From: Octopus sinensis
Taxonomy: Eukaryota
Assembly: GCF_006345805.1 (NCBI RefSeq)
Contig: NC_043015.1
Span: 4,464,001 to 4,528,000, forward strand
Direction: 5' to 3'
Length of the DNA: 64,000 bases
The position numbers and the translations under genes were made by a program. Within the stretch, counting starts at the first letter, position 1. The number at the start of each line of letters is the position of its first letter. The notes beneath the pieces are model-generated. The model had not been told where the DNA came from, ran no database searches, and worked only from the letters and a program-made list of their open reading frames with translations. Shown here one piece after another: positions 26,219 to 42,290 of the stretch.

Positions 26219-27235
26219 TTTAATACACCAATAGATATTATTCGTATGAATATCATTACTAGTGATATATATGTATGTATATATATATAAAGTGAAAGGG
26301 ATGAGAAATTTATGTACATGCACAATATGTATCTTCCTTTCTCTCTCTTTCTCTCTCTCTCGCACATTATCATATAAATGGTTTAATAGGGCTACATTTT
26401 AGCGTAGGAATCTCGAATTTCAAATTATGGTTTAATGAATAAACCTTTCCCCTAGTTCGCACTTAGAAGGTTTTCAGAATGTTTTCAAATTTGGGATGTG
26501 CTTTAGAATGCAAAACAGAATATGTGTAGGTCGATGTGTTTTATTCAATCTATACATTTAAAATCCTACTTTAAGGTTGTGCTGGTTATTTACTAATCTT
26601 GGTGCAATACATTTAGCTCGCTAGTTCTATATCGTTCAGAAAACCCTGAGGTATCAATGCCCTTATTTGGGAAAAATGTCCTGGCTTCATTGATATTACT
26701 TCTTAAATTCTAGCTTAGAATTTTGTGTATATCGCTTCTGGCTTTTGTAATAGGCAGTTTTGTTGAAGTTGAAATATTACACAAAAATTTCTCTCCCGTT
26801 CCTTGTCATATGATTCACATACATCACATTTCTTTAACGCTGTTGACAATGTCGGATTAAATTGTAGTGCCCGGATGTCGAAACCTTCACGATATCCGTT
26901 TTAAACTGAAAACGAAATATATATTTCGTATGCTGGCGTTCATTGAATATTAGATATCTTTTATTCTGGTTGTTCTGAATAATATTTTTACTTGCGTAAG
27001 GTTCAACACTGAAGGCGGTTCATGTCTCATGAATCTTTTTTTACTTATACTGAGAGTAGATGATTGCGTTCATTCGTAATAATATGCTAGGTTGGCAATT
27101 AATAGCTTCCAGCACTGGGTGGAACTCTGGCATGTCTGTCTGTTAGTCTATCAGTCTGTCACTTTCTCTTTCTTCCTTCCTGTCTTTCTTTCTCCCTCTC
27201 TCTCTCTCTCTCAGTATATATATATATATATATAA

Positions 27236-27301
<66 letters not shown>

Positions 27302-27954
27302 GTATATATATATATAAGTATATATATATTATAATGCATAATCGGCGTGAAACTTTTATTTCCTATCCCTGAAGAATTTCAGCTTTGGCCTGAAAAATGG
27401 CAGAGTTCAAAGCCTAGTATTCGAGTCGAGTGCTTCTCTGCAAATACTCTAACTTCAAACCCCACTTGACTTTAGAATTTCTCCTCTTCTTCCTAGTTCT
27501 CCTCTGTGTTCCTTTCTACTGCTTTTAAATAGAGCAGCAGGTTTTGTTTTATTCCTCCTGCATTTAAATAAACCATATTAATATATCTCTCAACGGAGGA
27601 ACTGGAACAAAGTTCAACAGAACGGAGCAGCTGGAGCAAGGTTCTTGACATGAACTTGCAAGAGCCTGGGCACTCCACAGACATGCATACACTTAACTTA
27701 GTTTTCGGTCTGATAGTGTCACAGGTCTAGCCCTTTTGAATTATATGAATAACTCATTTATTCTAGGTGACGGTAATAGAGCACTGTAAATTAAACTGTT
27801 CAGCTGTAGAACATATTGTGCTGGCGCGAATCGAACTGACGAAGTTATGATCATGGGCCTAATACCAAACCCACTCAGCCATGTATTTCTCTAGATTTGA
27901 ATCCTTATGTTTGATTTGTGGTTGTGACCTCATGTGTATGTCGGTGTGCGTGGC

Positions 27955-28041
<87 letters not shown>

Positions 28042-30297
28042 CGGTGTTCAATGTATGATTTTCCATTCTGAATATATTGCTCAAAGCATCCTCAATCATA
28101 CTTTCTTTGTTCCTCATCCTATATACTATTTATTATAGGTTTCTATGTCCAATTCTTCCTCTCCTACAATATGTGTAACACTAGTTATACGTATGTTGAA
28201 ATAGAGTCATTTATTGACTGCATGCAGTACCTTAGAATTATTGTGACTTTATATTTTATGAAATACATTATATACGACATAAATTACTACGGTATGAGAG
28301 ATATTACGATATTTGTATAGGCTGTTTGTATTTAATAAAATAGAATGTTATGCTTCATAGACCTATCTACCAGTGTAATCTAATAGATTTTAACACTAGA
28401 ACGGTTCAGTAATGGAGTGGGATTTGGGCAGTATACAGCGTACAACAGTATTTGGAACGAATCTACTATCAATATATGCATGTAGATAATGTCACAAAGC
28501 TACATCCTATACAAACATTCCCTTCTTTCCAAATCAGTTGCTATATCATTCGTTTTATCTCGGTGTACATTTAATTCCATATCACACAGCCCACAGGTAA
28601 ATGCCATGCGTATAATTCACCGATGCGAGAAACACAGTTATATAATGCAAACTAAAAGTTCATCTATTTTGTCAGCAAAATTGTGTGTACGTATGAATGA
28701 ATGCATTATATTCTATCAAGAATAATGAATGCACTACATAGGTTGACAATATTACACACTCTATTTCAATAAATTTCCTATATATGGGTACTTAAATCTC
28801 ATAAATACAAAACTTGTACAAAAAGAGCATATACGTACTATACATTATGGAATAAGGATACTGAGCAATACAATTAGAAAATAATATTTGTCTCGTATTT
28901 TTATTTGGCCGTTAGTTACGACATATATAATCTGCTCTTTCAATTTATTCTTTGTCAATGTATGTATAGGTGCTGAGAGTAATAGAGATGTATGCGAGTG
29001 TCTATTATGTATAGAGGCTTTTCTGACTAAAATTGACGACCAGCTTTATGACCAGATCATAATGATCTGCGATGAACATCAAGATGCGGGCATCAAGACT
29101 GCTGTTCACCTTTCTGTGAAAACTGAACATGAATGTCATAAGACGTACTATAGGCAGTTGCAACGATGTCTTCGAAGCATTAGCTTTCAGTACTGAACAC
29201 AGCCGCCGTCCTGACGGCATCTGAAGGTCGGAATTCATAACCACATCTTTTGACAGGGCATTAGTCTCAGTTAAGACACTTAAGTGTAGCTGTTGGAGAG
29301 TATGGTCAAATTCTGGGTGGATAGGGAAGATCATATGTGTAGCAGCAGGAATTAGATTCTTTCCATACCACCGGTGGTAACCAGAATGTGTCTGAGAATC
29401 TATAGGGCTTCTCCAGTCTAAATTTCTAACTCCCTAATTCCTGAAATTTTAATCTTTTGGACTATCATGAATACAAAACAATGTCCTAGCTGTTGATCAA
29501 GACCAAGGAGGATTTTCAAAATCTTCCCAGGTTCATAGGGTGAAACGTTTGCTCTAGATTCTACACATGTTTTGAAGCTGTGGCGGTTGACGTTTCTGTT
29601 TGAATCGAATATTTTGTTTTCTTTTCTTTTCATCATTCTGTAAAATGTTATACGGAACACCTTGTATATATGCAAATTATCTTCGAGCAAGTGGAGTTCA
29701 ACTGTATTTTATGTACATTATGCATTAAAGACAATACACCTGGAAGTGCAACCTTTTAATTTCTTTTAGAGTGATTTGTTTCATTTAGAGTAAATAACGA
29801 AACAAAACCCCAGGTAAGTTTCATCAAAAGTTTTCAGGCAATTTCAGCTGCATTTAATGTAAAAGCAAAGGAGTTGGCTTTTTATTCTGCATGTGTTTAT
29901 AGTTGGGCACATTTAATTATACTAACTCTACAGATTGAATTTTCTATCTTGATATCCCAGTGGCAATTTGTCTGTTGGGTAAAAAAAGTATTACTACTGA
30001 CATTTCACAGTTTTCTCCACATAGTTATAATATTGATTTTAAAAAATATTTTCATATCGAAACATGTTACTAGATATTACATATATATGTTATTAACAAG
30101 TTGCAAGAAAGATACGCGAGTGAATAATGACGTGTAAGTTAAAATCTCATAATTCGAATGCAATGACGTAGAAACCTAACTCCACATTTCGAATGTAAAG
30201 ACATGGAACTGTAAAAATCAAACGATCAAATTTATTTCATGTAAATACAATTCAGCCAGTACTCATTAACAAAAGAGGAGTTAATGGAAAGGAGAAG

Positions 30298-30382
<85 letters not shown>

Positions 30383-30419
30383 CGTTTGGTTACTATTTCA
30401 TCTCCAATCAAGACAGGTC

Positions 30420-30836
30420 TCCCGTCCACAGATCGAATGTGTCACATAGGTCATGAAAAAAGCATTTCACCGGATTGGGGGAGAAACCAATATAGATTCC
30501 CTAAAATCCAGGCGTGAATCCGATTGACTTTGCTATCAGGTCCATCTTAGAAAGGAATATATCTGCACACTCCTATTCAAATATGTCAGATCCGAAGAAA
30601 TCTATTCTGTCTCAATGGTTGAAATGTGATGAAAGGGTGGTACAGCATTTGCAACTAAGAGGCCACAAGTTTTCACGCTGTGATGAAGGGAAAAAGTCGT
30701 CATTTTGAAAAGTAATTAATGCAGTGGACTGACTATTTACATGAGAAAGTGTCTGCCAAATTTCATTATCCTAACTTAAGTTAATTTTGAATAATCAAGA
30801 AATATCAAATCGTAAACCTTTCTGGTATACCTTGTA
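30420..30836 (+). mobile_element. maT/DD37D-like mariner 3' relic
   Basis: NPIDFAIRSILERNISAHSYSNMSDPKKSILSQW, ending in a TIR-like ctggtataccttgta. Confidence 0.7.
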
Positions 30837-30968
30837 TATACATACACATGGGCACACATATACACACAAACCGGCTCAGACACACTCACACACACACACA
30901 CTCTCTCACACGCACACACAAACATACATGCACACGTACATAAATACGTATATAAATATACATATAAA

Positions 30969-31900
30969 CAGAGGTTGGACAAAATAATTGGAACACGTGT
31001 TAAATTAAATGAATATTTATTTAATATGGAGTTGGTCATACATTTGGTTTCTGAACAGCTTCGATGCAACTAGAAATTCATTCATCCAGCTTCTTAACTT
31101 CATTGAGAGGAATCTTGAGCCATAATAAGATCTGTAGATTGAGGAGGCAACTCCATGTGTTGTACCTCGCAACTATACTTTTCATAGCGATTCTTAACCA
31201 TATGAGAGGTAAGTATTTTGGCATTGTCATCTTGGAAACCGCATTCATGAGCATGAAACGATGCCGGGACCATGGAAATGACTTGATTTCCCAAAATATT
31301 CAGATAATCATTGTAACGATTGGAACCAGAGAATTGCAAAAACTGACTGCCGAAACAATCACAGACCCTCCTCCGCAATTCACTGTAGGAAGAAAGCAGT
31401 CAAGATTAAACGCATCTACCGGGCTCACTCCACACATGAATTCAACCTGCAGTGTGGAAAAAAGTGAAAAGTTGGTCTTATCGGAGTATATTATTTGTGT
31501 TTATTGGTCGGTCGACCAGCCCTAGTGATCACCACACTAGTTCTACATTTTTTGAATGTTTTGATGAGGAATCAGAGGTTTCCTAAAAGCGGATCTACCA
31601 TGATATCCGCGTTTATTGAGTTCTCGGTGAACTGTTTTCGTCGAACCTGGCCTAGTCAGATGTTGATTCACATCTGCACTCACTTTAGGAACAGTTTTCC
31701 GGTGACAATACAATTCGAAACTCGTCGGTGTCTTCGATGTCCTGCGGGACTTAATCCTCCTCCTAGGTGTTCAGCTTTTCTGGGGAAGAAAGCTCCTGCT
31801 ATCCGAGCTCCAACAATTTTCCTTTTTTCAAACTCAGTTATGTCACGCATCTTAGCTTAATTTATACTACGATCTGAAAAAGAGATAGTAATAATCATTA
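30969..31900 (-). mobile_element. Degenerate Tc1-like transposon, near full length
   Basis: TIR cagaggttggacaaaataattggaacac at 30969. Reverse frames give MRDITEFEKRKIVGARIAG (ATG at 31850) and GFQDDNAKILTSHMVK...ELPPQSTDL. Confidence 0.85.
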
Positions 31901-32244
31901 AATTAGATAAGAAACACCATCTACAGTACAAAAGAAACACCACTCAAGGAAATTTGGATAATAAGAAGTGGTGTCTTTACCCTCTTATTATAGTTGTTAT
32001 CTTACATAGTACTAAGTTTTCAAAATTATATATATTAAATTAAAACTTAAAATAAAAGTTTTATAATTTATAAAATCGAGATGGCTATTGTGGGAAACCC
32101 AAAAGTTACCTTAAGGTGCGACGGAACCAAATATCATGCGGGCAGGGTGCTTACTTCTCAGCTACAGTGTTTTAAAGTTCGATACAGTAATATTGGTTAT
32201 TGTTTACTCGCACGAGGCCAGTAATTAGCCCCAGTTCTCAACTC

Positions 32245-32383
32245 GCACTTATTTAATCGACCCCCAAACGAGAAATGATAAAGTCAAACTCGGTGGATTT
32301 TGAACTCAGAACGTAACGATAGATGATATGTCGTTACGCTAAGCAGTTTGCCCACTCTTCATAAGATTCTGCCAGCTTACCGC
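32245..32383 (-). mobile_element. Degenerate SINE family C head
   Basis: Reverse strand reads ggtaagctggcagaatc...gttctgagttcaaaatccaccgagtttgac...gggggtcgattaaataag. Confidence 0.7.
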
Positions 32384-32969
32384 TGGAATAGTTCGGAAAA
32401 GTATTATTAGTGTTCGGAGATGTGCGGTTTTTACAGAGAGAATATTAATAATATTTTAAATACCAGACAGCTATAGGTCAAGGTTTATGACTTCACTGTC
32501 CATGTTTTCTTGACATTTCTTTCATACAGCTGTACATTATACCATGGAGCTGGCTTGGAAGAATTGCAGAAGGGAACATCCTCTGAGAGTATGTTTCAAA
32601 AGCCGCAAAATGAAAGACATTGTTGCTAAAGTTTTCCGTCCTTGTTCTGTGAGAACTCCGCACGAGATTTTGACTTAATCGCCCAGTAGTTTAGACGAAG
32701 CTTGTTGTCCGTAAACCAGCTGGAATAAAATCATAATTCAGTGTATACATTATCATATTGTGTGAAATAGTGAGAGCATCGCCTGAAGAACGTATTCAAA
32801 CAATCATAAGCGAGGAGGGGCATTTTACACCTTGAATGTAAGAGAATGATTGCACAATAGCTCACCTGTGTACTACAAGGTATAAGAATGTATTAGAACA
32901 ATTGTAGTGATTTTAGATAAAGTATGGGAATTCGATTTCCCATCATATGTTTCTCCAACTCTCTCTGTC

Positions 32970-33023
<54 letters not shown>

Positions 33024-33581
33024 GTATATATATATATGTATGTATGTATATTCATTATCATTCCATTCAAAATCTGTTAAACAGTTGGATAGCAGTCTTA
33101 ATAACATGATGTTCATAAATTCATCTGCACGTGCAATTGTGTTTGACGGGATGTCATGAATTTATATTCACCATTCATACATTTGTTAATAATTCCATAA
33201 CGCTTGCATAAATATTTATGAAGGGTGTATTAGTATAGCTGAAATACCATTATTGGCCATTGATAACTAAATGTCGCCATGAAATTAGTTCAGTTGTTTT
33301 CGCCCCTTATTGATGAATATTATTCTATGAACGTTTTGTTAGTTGTTAGTAGAGCAAATCAGCAAATGATACACGTATTTTAGTAATCAAGGAGCAATTG
33401 TTAGGAAAACCACAAACCATTTGCCTTGAAATGACACGCACATTCACACTCCCACCTGCACGGACGGCTTTTCACACTAATGAAGATATCTCGCAAAACT
33501 GTACTCACGCACACATACACGTGTATACATATATCTAAATCAATACATGCATAATTACATACAGGAATTCATACGTGTCTA

Positions 33582-33637
<56 letters not shown>

Positions 33638-34141
33638 TAGATGTATGTATGCATGTATGTATAGGGGTCTTTAAAAGTATGTGTCGAGTTTCAATCACGT
33701 GTAATATAATGTTTTATACATAATTAGTCTTCATATACGATTATGTGAAGATTCATTGTAACTTTTGAATACATTATGAAGATGCCGAAGTTATGAATCG
33801 CCAAGTTCTAAGCCTATATATATTTTTCAAATTCAAAAACTAATAGTTTTATGAAAATTGTTGTATCTCTACAGAAATACACAGGAGAACAAGCTCATTT
33901 TCGGAAATATATAACACGGCTAGGATTTTACTTATCATCAAGCTGTCAAATAACATCCATCAATGTACAACTGAGAAGACGAAATCGATATTAACACATG
34001 CAACTGCTGAAACTGAAATGAATTTAATTAAATAATCTGTTTCTAGGGAGATGATTAGTACTAAATTATTAGCGTGAAGGATCTGAGCTGAAGCACTGTC
34101 AAGGGACAGGTGCACACACATACACACACAAACACATACAC

Positions 34142-34180
<39 letters not shown>

Positions 34181-36994
34181 CACACACACTTACCCATTAC
34201 TGACACGCATATCATTCAACTAATGTAGTTGTTGAATAATATCCTAAAGGCCGCAATTTACTCTCACGCAGCATCTTCAGAGCTTAGTTGCTAATTCAGG
34301 TATTATCCAAGTTTGAAGAAGAATGAACCCAAGCTATATTTTGGCATAAAGAAATTGAGATTTGGTCCAATAGAAAAAATTTGTGGAAACGTTTAAGGTG
34401 AATAAGTAACGCTTCCAAACAACATTTTTTTTCAAAATAAAGAAGAAATCATCAACAATTTCCTACTTTTGCCGCCATGCAAAATAAATCTCTATCAAAA
34501 TAGACGTGAGGTAAAATATTACGAAAAATATATAAGTAAAGCAAAAAATTGGATTTCAATATGATTATTCTTTTCTTTTAAAAAGAAACACTATTTTAAT
34601 TTAGCTTAAATCATAGAGCTCAAATCGAGAAATTTCATGGTATCAATCTCATGCAATAAAGTGTCGAAAGAAAACAAGTTATGAATGTTTGTTTCCTAAA
34701 TGTGAAGGGTATAATATAGTTCTATACATTTTTATGCATACAGTTCTATAAGTCGACTTTTAATATGTGTCATTAAGGTAAAGAAAAATTATCAACGATA
34801 TCGCTAATTTTCAAGTACTTAATTACGTCATCTGTATTAATTAATGCAGTTTTATTATGTAAACAGGGTCGCGTAGTATCTGAGGAGAAAACGAAGTTTT
34901 AAAAGAAAAAAGGGGTTTGTTTCTCAACTTTGAAGGTGATAATCTAGTTATATACATTTCAAATAGTTCTATACAGGAATTTTAATATATGTCACCGACA
35001 TCATTGAAGTAATGTTCGATACATTAAATCTTAAATTATTAATTGACACATTATTAATTAGCATAGTAGCATAGTCAGGAATAAAAACATGGATTACATA
35101 GAAAAATGCGATCATGAGAAATAATATTCTGAAGAGGATGAACCTGAAAAGGCACAGATCAAGTTATTACCTCTAGTATAGTACGTAAAAAGAAAGGTTT
35201 TACCTAAAATATTGCAGCTACGGATAAAATTTGAATATTAGAAATTATTTGATTTTAATTTAGCAAGTAACATTTTAATTTAAAAAAACCTACCATTATT
35301 CTGTTAAAATGTTGACACACTAGATTACTTAAAAAATGAGAGCCACTAGTACCAATGTCGCTACAGTTTTATGCTAAGTATAATAGTATAGATGGTAGGC
35401 AAATTCCTTATGTAAAAAATAGCTCAATATGTACAAAAATAGGTCAAGTCTAAAAATGAGACGACTTGGCAAAAACATAGGCAGTTACTCAAGCAAATTC
35501 TATTGTAAATTTGACATTACAGGTAGACTTTACTATAATATATAACTAAATTTAGTATTATTCCATTTATTGTATTAATTATATGCTGCTGTTATTTTTA
35601 CAACCTATTTTCAAAACTTCTATTTAACTAATAATGAAAAAAAATGAATATTTTTAAAGTTAAAAAAATATTTAAAGTTATTTTTTTCGTTTTAATAGAA
35701 GTAATAATAAATACAAGTAATGAGTTGTCCTAAATATGTTAGTTATAACATAATTTAATATTTTCTAAATCTAAATATTTTATTCGAAATGTTGTCCTTG
35801 CTGCTGCAATATTTTAGGTAAAAAAATTCTTGTTCTGTACTTTATCAGGTGTAATGACATGCCCTGTACATTTCCAAGTTTATAATCTTAAGAATATCAT
35901 TTCTCTTGCCCGCATTTTCCCATGTAATATACAAATATATATGCTTGCATATGTCAATTTGCTTTCCACATAAATATATGTGTTATTGCGTATGAGAGCA
36001 CACCTATGTGCGTGTGAGTTTGACCATATTAGCTATTTCTCTGCAGCATGAACAAAAACGATGAGCAGTCTTAACTGATTTTCAGCATTCATTGGTGTTT
36101 TACCAGAGTTGTCTACAACACTTGAACAATCCCGAAGAAATGATGTGCCAATCTGTTTACATACACAACAGACCCAGTTGCTTCAGTGCATAGGAGTTTA
36201 TAATTAGCATACCATAACTACTTAACACTTTATTTCATGTGTGTGTCCTGTCAAAGCGCATTATCAAGAGCTTCGCATCAAGAGTTTTCTTAAATTTGCT
36301 GCGCATATCAGCCAAAGACCCTGTGAAATCAAATCATTTTGATTTTCATAGGCGAAAGAAATCAGTGCAGAGCGTAGTATAACACTGGCTATACTTCTAA
36401 AATAATCATATTATGTCTGCTGAAAAAAAAACATTCAAAAATATCATAGCAAATGGACGCTAAGTAACAAGTGTAAGAGACAAATATCTTTCTTATTTTT
36501 TCCTCGCAATCACTGAGCAAATTTGTGGTAAATTAATCTTCATATATCTATATTCCGTAACATTGGTCATGATATGAAATGCTAAAATGTTATCATTAAT
36601 GTTTTCGTATTCTTTGTATAAATCCCATTCCAAAACATCAAATGAGTATGTCGGATATTTCTATATTAGCTTGTTTGTGAGTTCTCAATGACTGGCAAAT
36701 GTCTGTGAAGAATGCAATTTCCTTGAGGGTATACAAAGGAGACTTGAAAGAAAATATTCGTTTAAATAATTCACTGAAGAGAGCTAGTGACGCAAATGTT
36801 GTGCGACGTAAGACATAATCAGTAACCGGCCAATCGATAACTTATCAGGTTCGAGCAATATGTTGGAATTTCCCTTTTGAAACTTGAAATATATTCTAAT
36901 GTCGAATATCAGATGGTATAAAAATAAATACACAGACACACACGCACAAACACACACGCAAGCACACAAACACAAACACACACATGCACACATA

Positions 36995-37350
36995 TAGGAG
37001 TAGCTGTGTGGTAAGTAGCTTGCTTACCAACCACATGGTTCCGGGTTTAGTCCCACTGACTGGCATTTTCTCCAAATGTCTTCTGCCCTAGTCTCGGGTA
37101 GACCAAAGCCTTGTGGGTGGATTTAGTTGACGGAAACATAAAGAATTCCACGATATATATCTATATATATATATAGATGTATGTGCGTGCGTGCGTGCCT
37201 GTATGTGTTTGTTTGGGTTTGTCCCCCTCAACATTGCATGGCAACCGATGTCGGTGTGTTTATGTCCTCATAACTTAGTGGTTAGGCAAAAGAGACCGAT
37301 AGAATAAGTACTAGTCTTACAAAGAATATGTCCTGGTGCAATTTATTCGC
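36995..37350 (+). mobile_element. SINE family A
   Basis: aggagtagctgtgtggtaagtagcttgcttaccaaccacatggttccggg...gagaccgatagaataagtactag. Confidence 0.9.
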
Positions 37351-37528
37351 CTAACAAATTATTTTATTTGCTAAAAAATCAGAAACCATGGTCCAGGAGA
37401 TAGATGATAAATGTTTTTATTTTTCATTTCCTTCGAAGTATATCCCTAATAGGGGTTTGGAATTTGGCTGTTCCTTCAAGCGTGTCAAGAAGCCTATGAT
37501 GGATACCTGTTATGTGTTTAAATGTTCA

Positions 37529-37566
<38 letters not shown>

Positions 37567-38043
37567 GTGTACAAAAAACAAGGAAAACACGTACAGAAAA
37601 TACAAGGAACAGGAAAATAGATAAAGAATACAAAAATTCAGTTTTTATAAGAATTAGGATGATTGGCGTAAATATATTTCAAGGGTAACAAATAAAAATT
37701 CTTCGGATATATTGCTAACACAGACAGGGCGGTGTTTTCCAATTCAATTCAAGACGCTCATATTTGGGTACTTTTGTTGTCAAATAACGATTTCTGATAT
37801 AGAATGCAGCATTTCATTACGGCTTGCATAGGAAAACGGATAAGGGGTCTCTCGACAAAACAAGGCCTCGATCTTTCTGATACATTAAAGTACGGCCTAG
37901 ATCGTCCTTTTACGTTGAATTTTCTCAAATACCAGCCATGTAGATCACTTTGAAACGCATATGACGCTATGGAAACTTGAAGCGAACATTGCTATTTCCA
38001 ATGGGCGTCTGATAGCTCAAATTTAAAGCCTGTGTATATTACA

Positions 38044-38099
<56 letters not shown>

Positions 38100-39164
38100 A
38101 TGTATCTGCTTTATATAGTTTGTATATTTATCTGCTTGGGAAACATATACAAACAATATATATACATGTATATACGTAAATAGATAGAAAGAAAATAGTA
38201 AACATTCTCAGACGAAGAGTATTGAATTTGAAATATACAGTTAGCTATATATATTAACAGAGCAAACTTACACAGAGTACAAAGATACAGAAATTTAAAG
38301 TTGAAAGTTATTGTGGTACAGGTCTGACAGCTGTTTTTGGGGCGGTTAGCTTAAACAATGTGTATGCAATACTCCTTTACCTCTCTGTTATAAATGTCCT
38401 GTATAACCTTAGAGACAACAGTATATATGCTTCGATACATACAGATACAAAGAAAGTCTACATAAGGAATGCACTGTAATGCTTTTGATGAAAAGAATTA
38501 AAAATTAAAAATTTATATACGTATATCAAAATATATGTAGGAATAAATTACGCAAGGTATGTAAATTACGAGATTAGGTTGTAATAGTAAATATTCAAAC
38601 CTACAAAAATTTTAACAAATAATAAGGCATAAATTTTAAAAGAAGTAACTCCTTGTATAATTGGTTTGTTCCCTAACCCTCTAAATGGTTCATATAATTA
38701 AGATGCTGCCTACATTACAGATATAATTCTGCAATATATAATGGTAACAGTAATTTTCAACTACTTTATTTCAAACAATCCAGTAGCGGGAAAGCTGGTG
38801 TGTTATTCGGGATGTAATTATATGTACCAAATAATTTAACCAAACGGTCTTGAAATCACATTAGAAGACAAATGCCAATTTTAAATTAAATATTTGAAAT
38901 GTAAAGAAAAAAATATTAGTTACTATTTTTATTCCTATATTTTTCTACTTTTGCATCTCGGTGGAACAGGTATGATTAATTAATAAAATAAAGTCCAATA
39001 TAAGAACATTGGTTAACGCATCCTAAAAATGAGGAAATAGTTAAGGCTTTCTTCCCTATTCAATTATACTTACAGGTCATAATAGCTTACTGATTTATGA
39101 TTAAAATATCAGCATTAAGTTTTGGCCGAAGGCCAATAATCGCGGGGCAGGTGTTTAGTGAACC

Positions 39165-39285
39165 CTAGTCCCCGAAATGATGAAAGGCAAATTCGACCGC
39201 AGTGCAGATTGAAGAACGTGAATTGAGACGAAATGCTACTAAGAATTGTGCCCGCTATGCTAACGGTTATGCTAGCACCTGCCTT
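39165..39285 (-). mobile_element. Degenerate SINE family C head
   Basis: ccccgaaatgatgaaaggcaaattcgacc...gacgaaatgctactaag..tgctaacggttatgctagc. Confidence 0.6.
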
Positions 39286-41116
39286 AACTGACTGAAATAG
39301 TAGGACGTTTTGAATAGTGAAAAACGGCTATTTTAGCGTCTGTTTCTTCCCTGAATCTCGAACTTTACACTAAACATTAACAATCAAGAGAGAAAGAAAA
39401 TGAAGTATCTATTAGTTGTAGACGTGTTCAAAACAAGAGGAAAATATACTTTCGCATTACTGATTACTTTATTTACTAAAGCTTTCATTGTACAGAGTCG
39501 AGTGAAATATTGATGTCATGTAAGTAACGGAACAACACATAATTGTATTTTCCGACAAACCTACCATCAAATTAATGTAAAATCTGTCGACGTCTAGCTT
39601 TGCAAGTGGCAACAAAGTGCATATGTGCAAAACGATAGCAGTAATATTGTTAAAAAGCATTGCAATTTATAACAGTGTAGCTACGTATTCACTAATAGCA
39701 GTCCATTTATAAACACGTTACGAATTCTCGTTGGTATGATTTAAAACAAGACAGAATGTAATTTGTTAGAAAAAAGAAAGATTAAGTGCGATGCAGTCAA
39801 CTCATTGTTGTTTATAATCTAATGAAAGCGCTGTGTATTGAAATATCTGGGTGGGAACTGAAACATGCGATAGACGAAATGTTTGTGATATTTACCACGA
39901 TAATGAAGAAAATCCCACTATACTGAATCGAACCCTTCAGTACCAACATATGTATACACACATACACACTCATATATACATACGAACGAGCGTGTTTTAC
40001 AAGTAGATGCCAGTGAATTAATAAAGTAAACATGAGTAGTGCTGAACCCCTTTGGATGAAACTCCATATATTTAATAAATATTTATTGCAGTCTCACAAT
40101 ATTCAATATTTCGTGAATGTAATGTATGCTCAAATAAAGAGATCTTCAGAGAAGAAAATTACTTGTAAATACTTTTATACATATGTATATGTGTTCCTGT
40201 TTACATGTGCTTGGGTGGTATCATTTATAAATTTTTGGGGTGAATTTTTTCGAAGAGGATCGAAAGACCGAAATATAGGAGGATATTTGAAGAGGTATGT
40301 TAAACGTTCATTGCTATTACGTGGGAAATGAAATCTTATGTATGAACTGAATCAATGTTTATATGTAGTGGACACGTTTGGTCAGTAATTACAAAGTCAA
40401 AGGTAGAAAGAAAATTGCGTGTTAAACCATTGCGATTCGTTTGATTCAATTCATTGGTAATATTAAGCAAAATATGCTTCCAACAAGCAAGGGGTGCTCT
40501 ATTCAACAAGTAATTATATGGAGTTTCTAAGGGAATGTCATTTCAATTTCCAAGATTTTGTCAACATGAAACACGAACAATAGGCATATTATACAATATA
40601 ATTTAAAAGCTTACTGCCTGTTCACGTATTCACCGTGTAATATTTGTACATGTTCTTTGAAGTTGTAAATCATAATTTGTCTAGTAATGGCAAAATACTT
40701 TCATGTACAATTCTCAATAATTTTTCCCAAATTTGTCCCTGTATATACATGTAAGGCTTATGAAGGTTTGACGACGTTCCAAGAAAAGAATGTATATACT
40801 ATTGATGTTGGGCAATTAATTATTAGCTAGCCTTAGAAGGAAGACAGATAGCCTGGAAATAGATTAGGAAAGTGAACTGGATTGTAAAGTTAGCTTAAGG
40901 GATGAGGCCAAATTCAAAATTGAAAGGATAGACTGATTGTAAATATATTATCCTGTACGTACGTGTTTAATCAAATTCAATGGATTTTGTTTATAACATT
41001 AACATCCATACTTTACTAAATCGATATTTTATAATTTGATATAATTGACAACTCAGTAAAAATATGCTCGCGTACACACATGCACATATATTGTTTGCAT
41101 AATTCAGTTAATTCAG

Positions 41117-41189
<73 letters not shown>

Positions 41190-41196
41190 ATATCAG

Positions 41197-42290
41197 CAGG
41201 GCGCGTAAGATATTTAAGGACGGATTTATGTTTATAAGAAAACTGAAATGTAATAACAGATAATAAATTTGTTACTCAAAAGATGCTATTAGGAGAAAAA
41301 TAAACATTCTTTTCTATAATGTTGTTCAATAAAGCCACCTTCAGCTACAACAACTATACAAATGCAACTATGGCAGCTTTCAAAGAAGCTTTGCAGTTAT
41401 GGGCACGTACATTGACCTCTCTCTCTCTCTCTCTCTCTCTCAACAACGCTCCAGTGGACTGAGGTCTAGGGAAATAGGAGGCCAAATGTTAGTAGTTATG
41501 TGATCATGAAAATGTTCGGCCATCCATTCCAGTGTTAGTAGCGCCATGTGTGATAATACAGTTTCTTACTGAAACACATATTGGCCTTCCACTGCAAAGT
41601 GTATATCCAGGCCTAAAGAATTATTTCCAGGACCTCCAATGTAGGTTGCAGAGATAACTCTAAGCTCTTGTGGAAAGAAGTGAATAGACATCAAATATCA
41701 TTGTTGACAACTCCTAAAGCCATGATAGCTGCAAGAATTTTTGAATGCATAAGACTTAAAATTTCAGAGCATTACCATCTGTCATTTTTTCAGTTAACTT
41801 TTTGATCTTGGTCGCAGCTATTCATGTATGGGTAAAACCAAATCAAATCACCTACTACTGGATTGTTCACATCTAATGTAGTGATTTTGATCTGATGTAG
41901 TGATTTTCGTTTCCTTTTTCTGACAAATTAACCTTTTATCATCATATGAGACGTATATCTGATGTCTTCGTGGACAACATCTCTGACGTTTCCTTGTGAC
42001 ACATGGAGATTGCTTTGCAATTGACCTAATGGACTTTCTGGGATTGTAATCAATGATCTGTTGAACTTGCTGGAAAAGTTCAAGTACTCTAATTGCTTTA
42101 GAGCCTTTAAAATGCATTCATGCTTTGATAATGGTAATACATTTCGATCTTCAGTCTCTAGCTCCTTATAAACTTTGTAGACGAAAGGTCTGGCAACTTT
42201 TGAAAACCGAGTTATTTCGAAATTGCTATGGTCAGCATTTATAACTACAATAACAGCATGCTTCTTCATTTCTTTCGTAAAACATAAAGG
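41197..42290 (-). mobile_element. Near full-length degenerate maT/DD37D-like mariner
   Basis: Reverse frames give MKKHAVIVVINADHSNFEITRFSKVARPFVYKV, QQVQQIIDYNPRKSIRSIAK, VVHEDIRY and NIWPPISLDLSPL. 3' TIR cagggcgcgtaagatatttaaggacgg at 41197. Confidence 0.9.

Noticed and set aside
28990-29400. Protein-like ORF (..HECHKTYYRQL..) as a DNA transposon relic
   Set aside because: I cannot assign it to any family, and the motif similarity is too weak.
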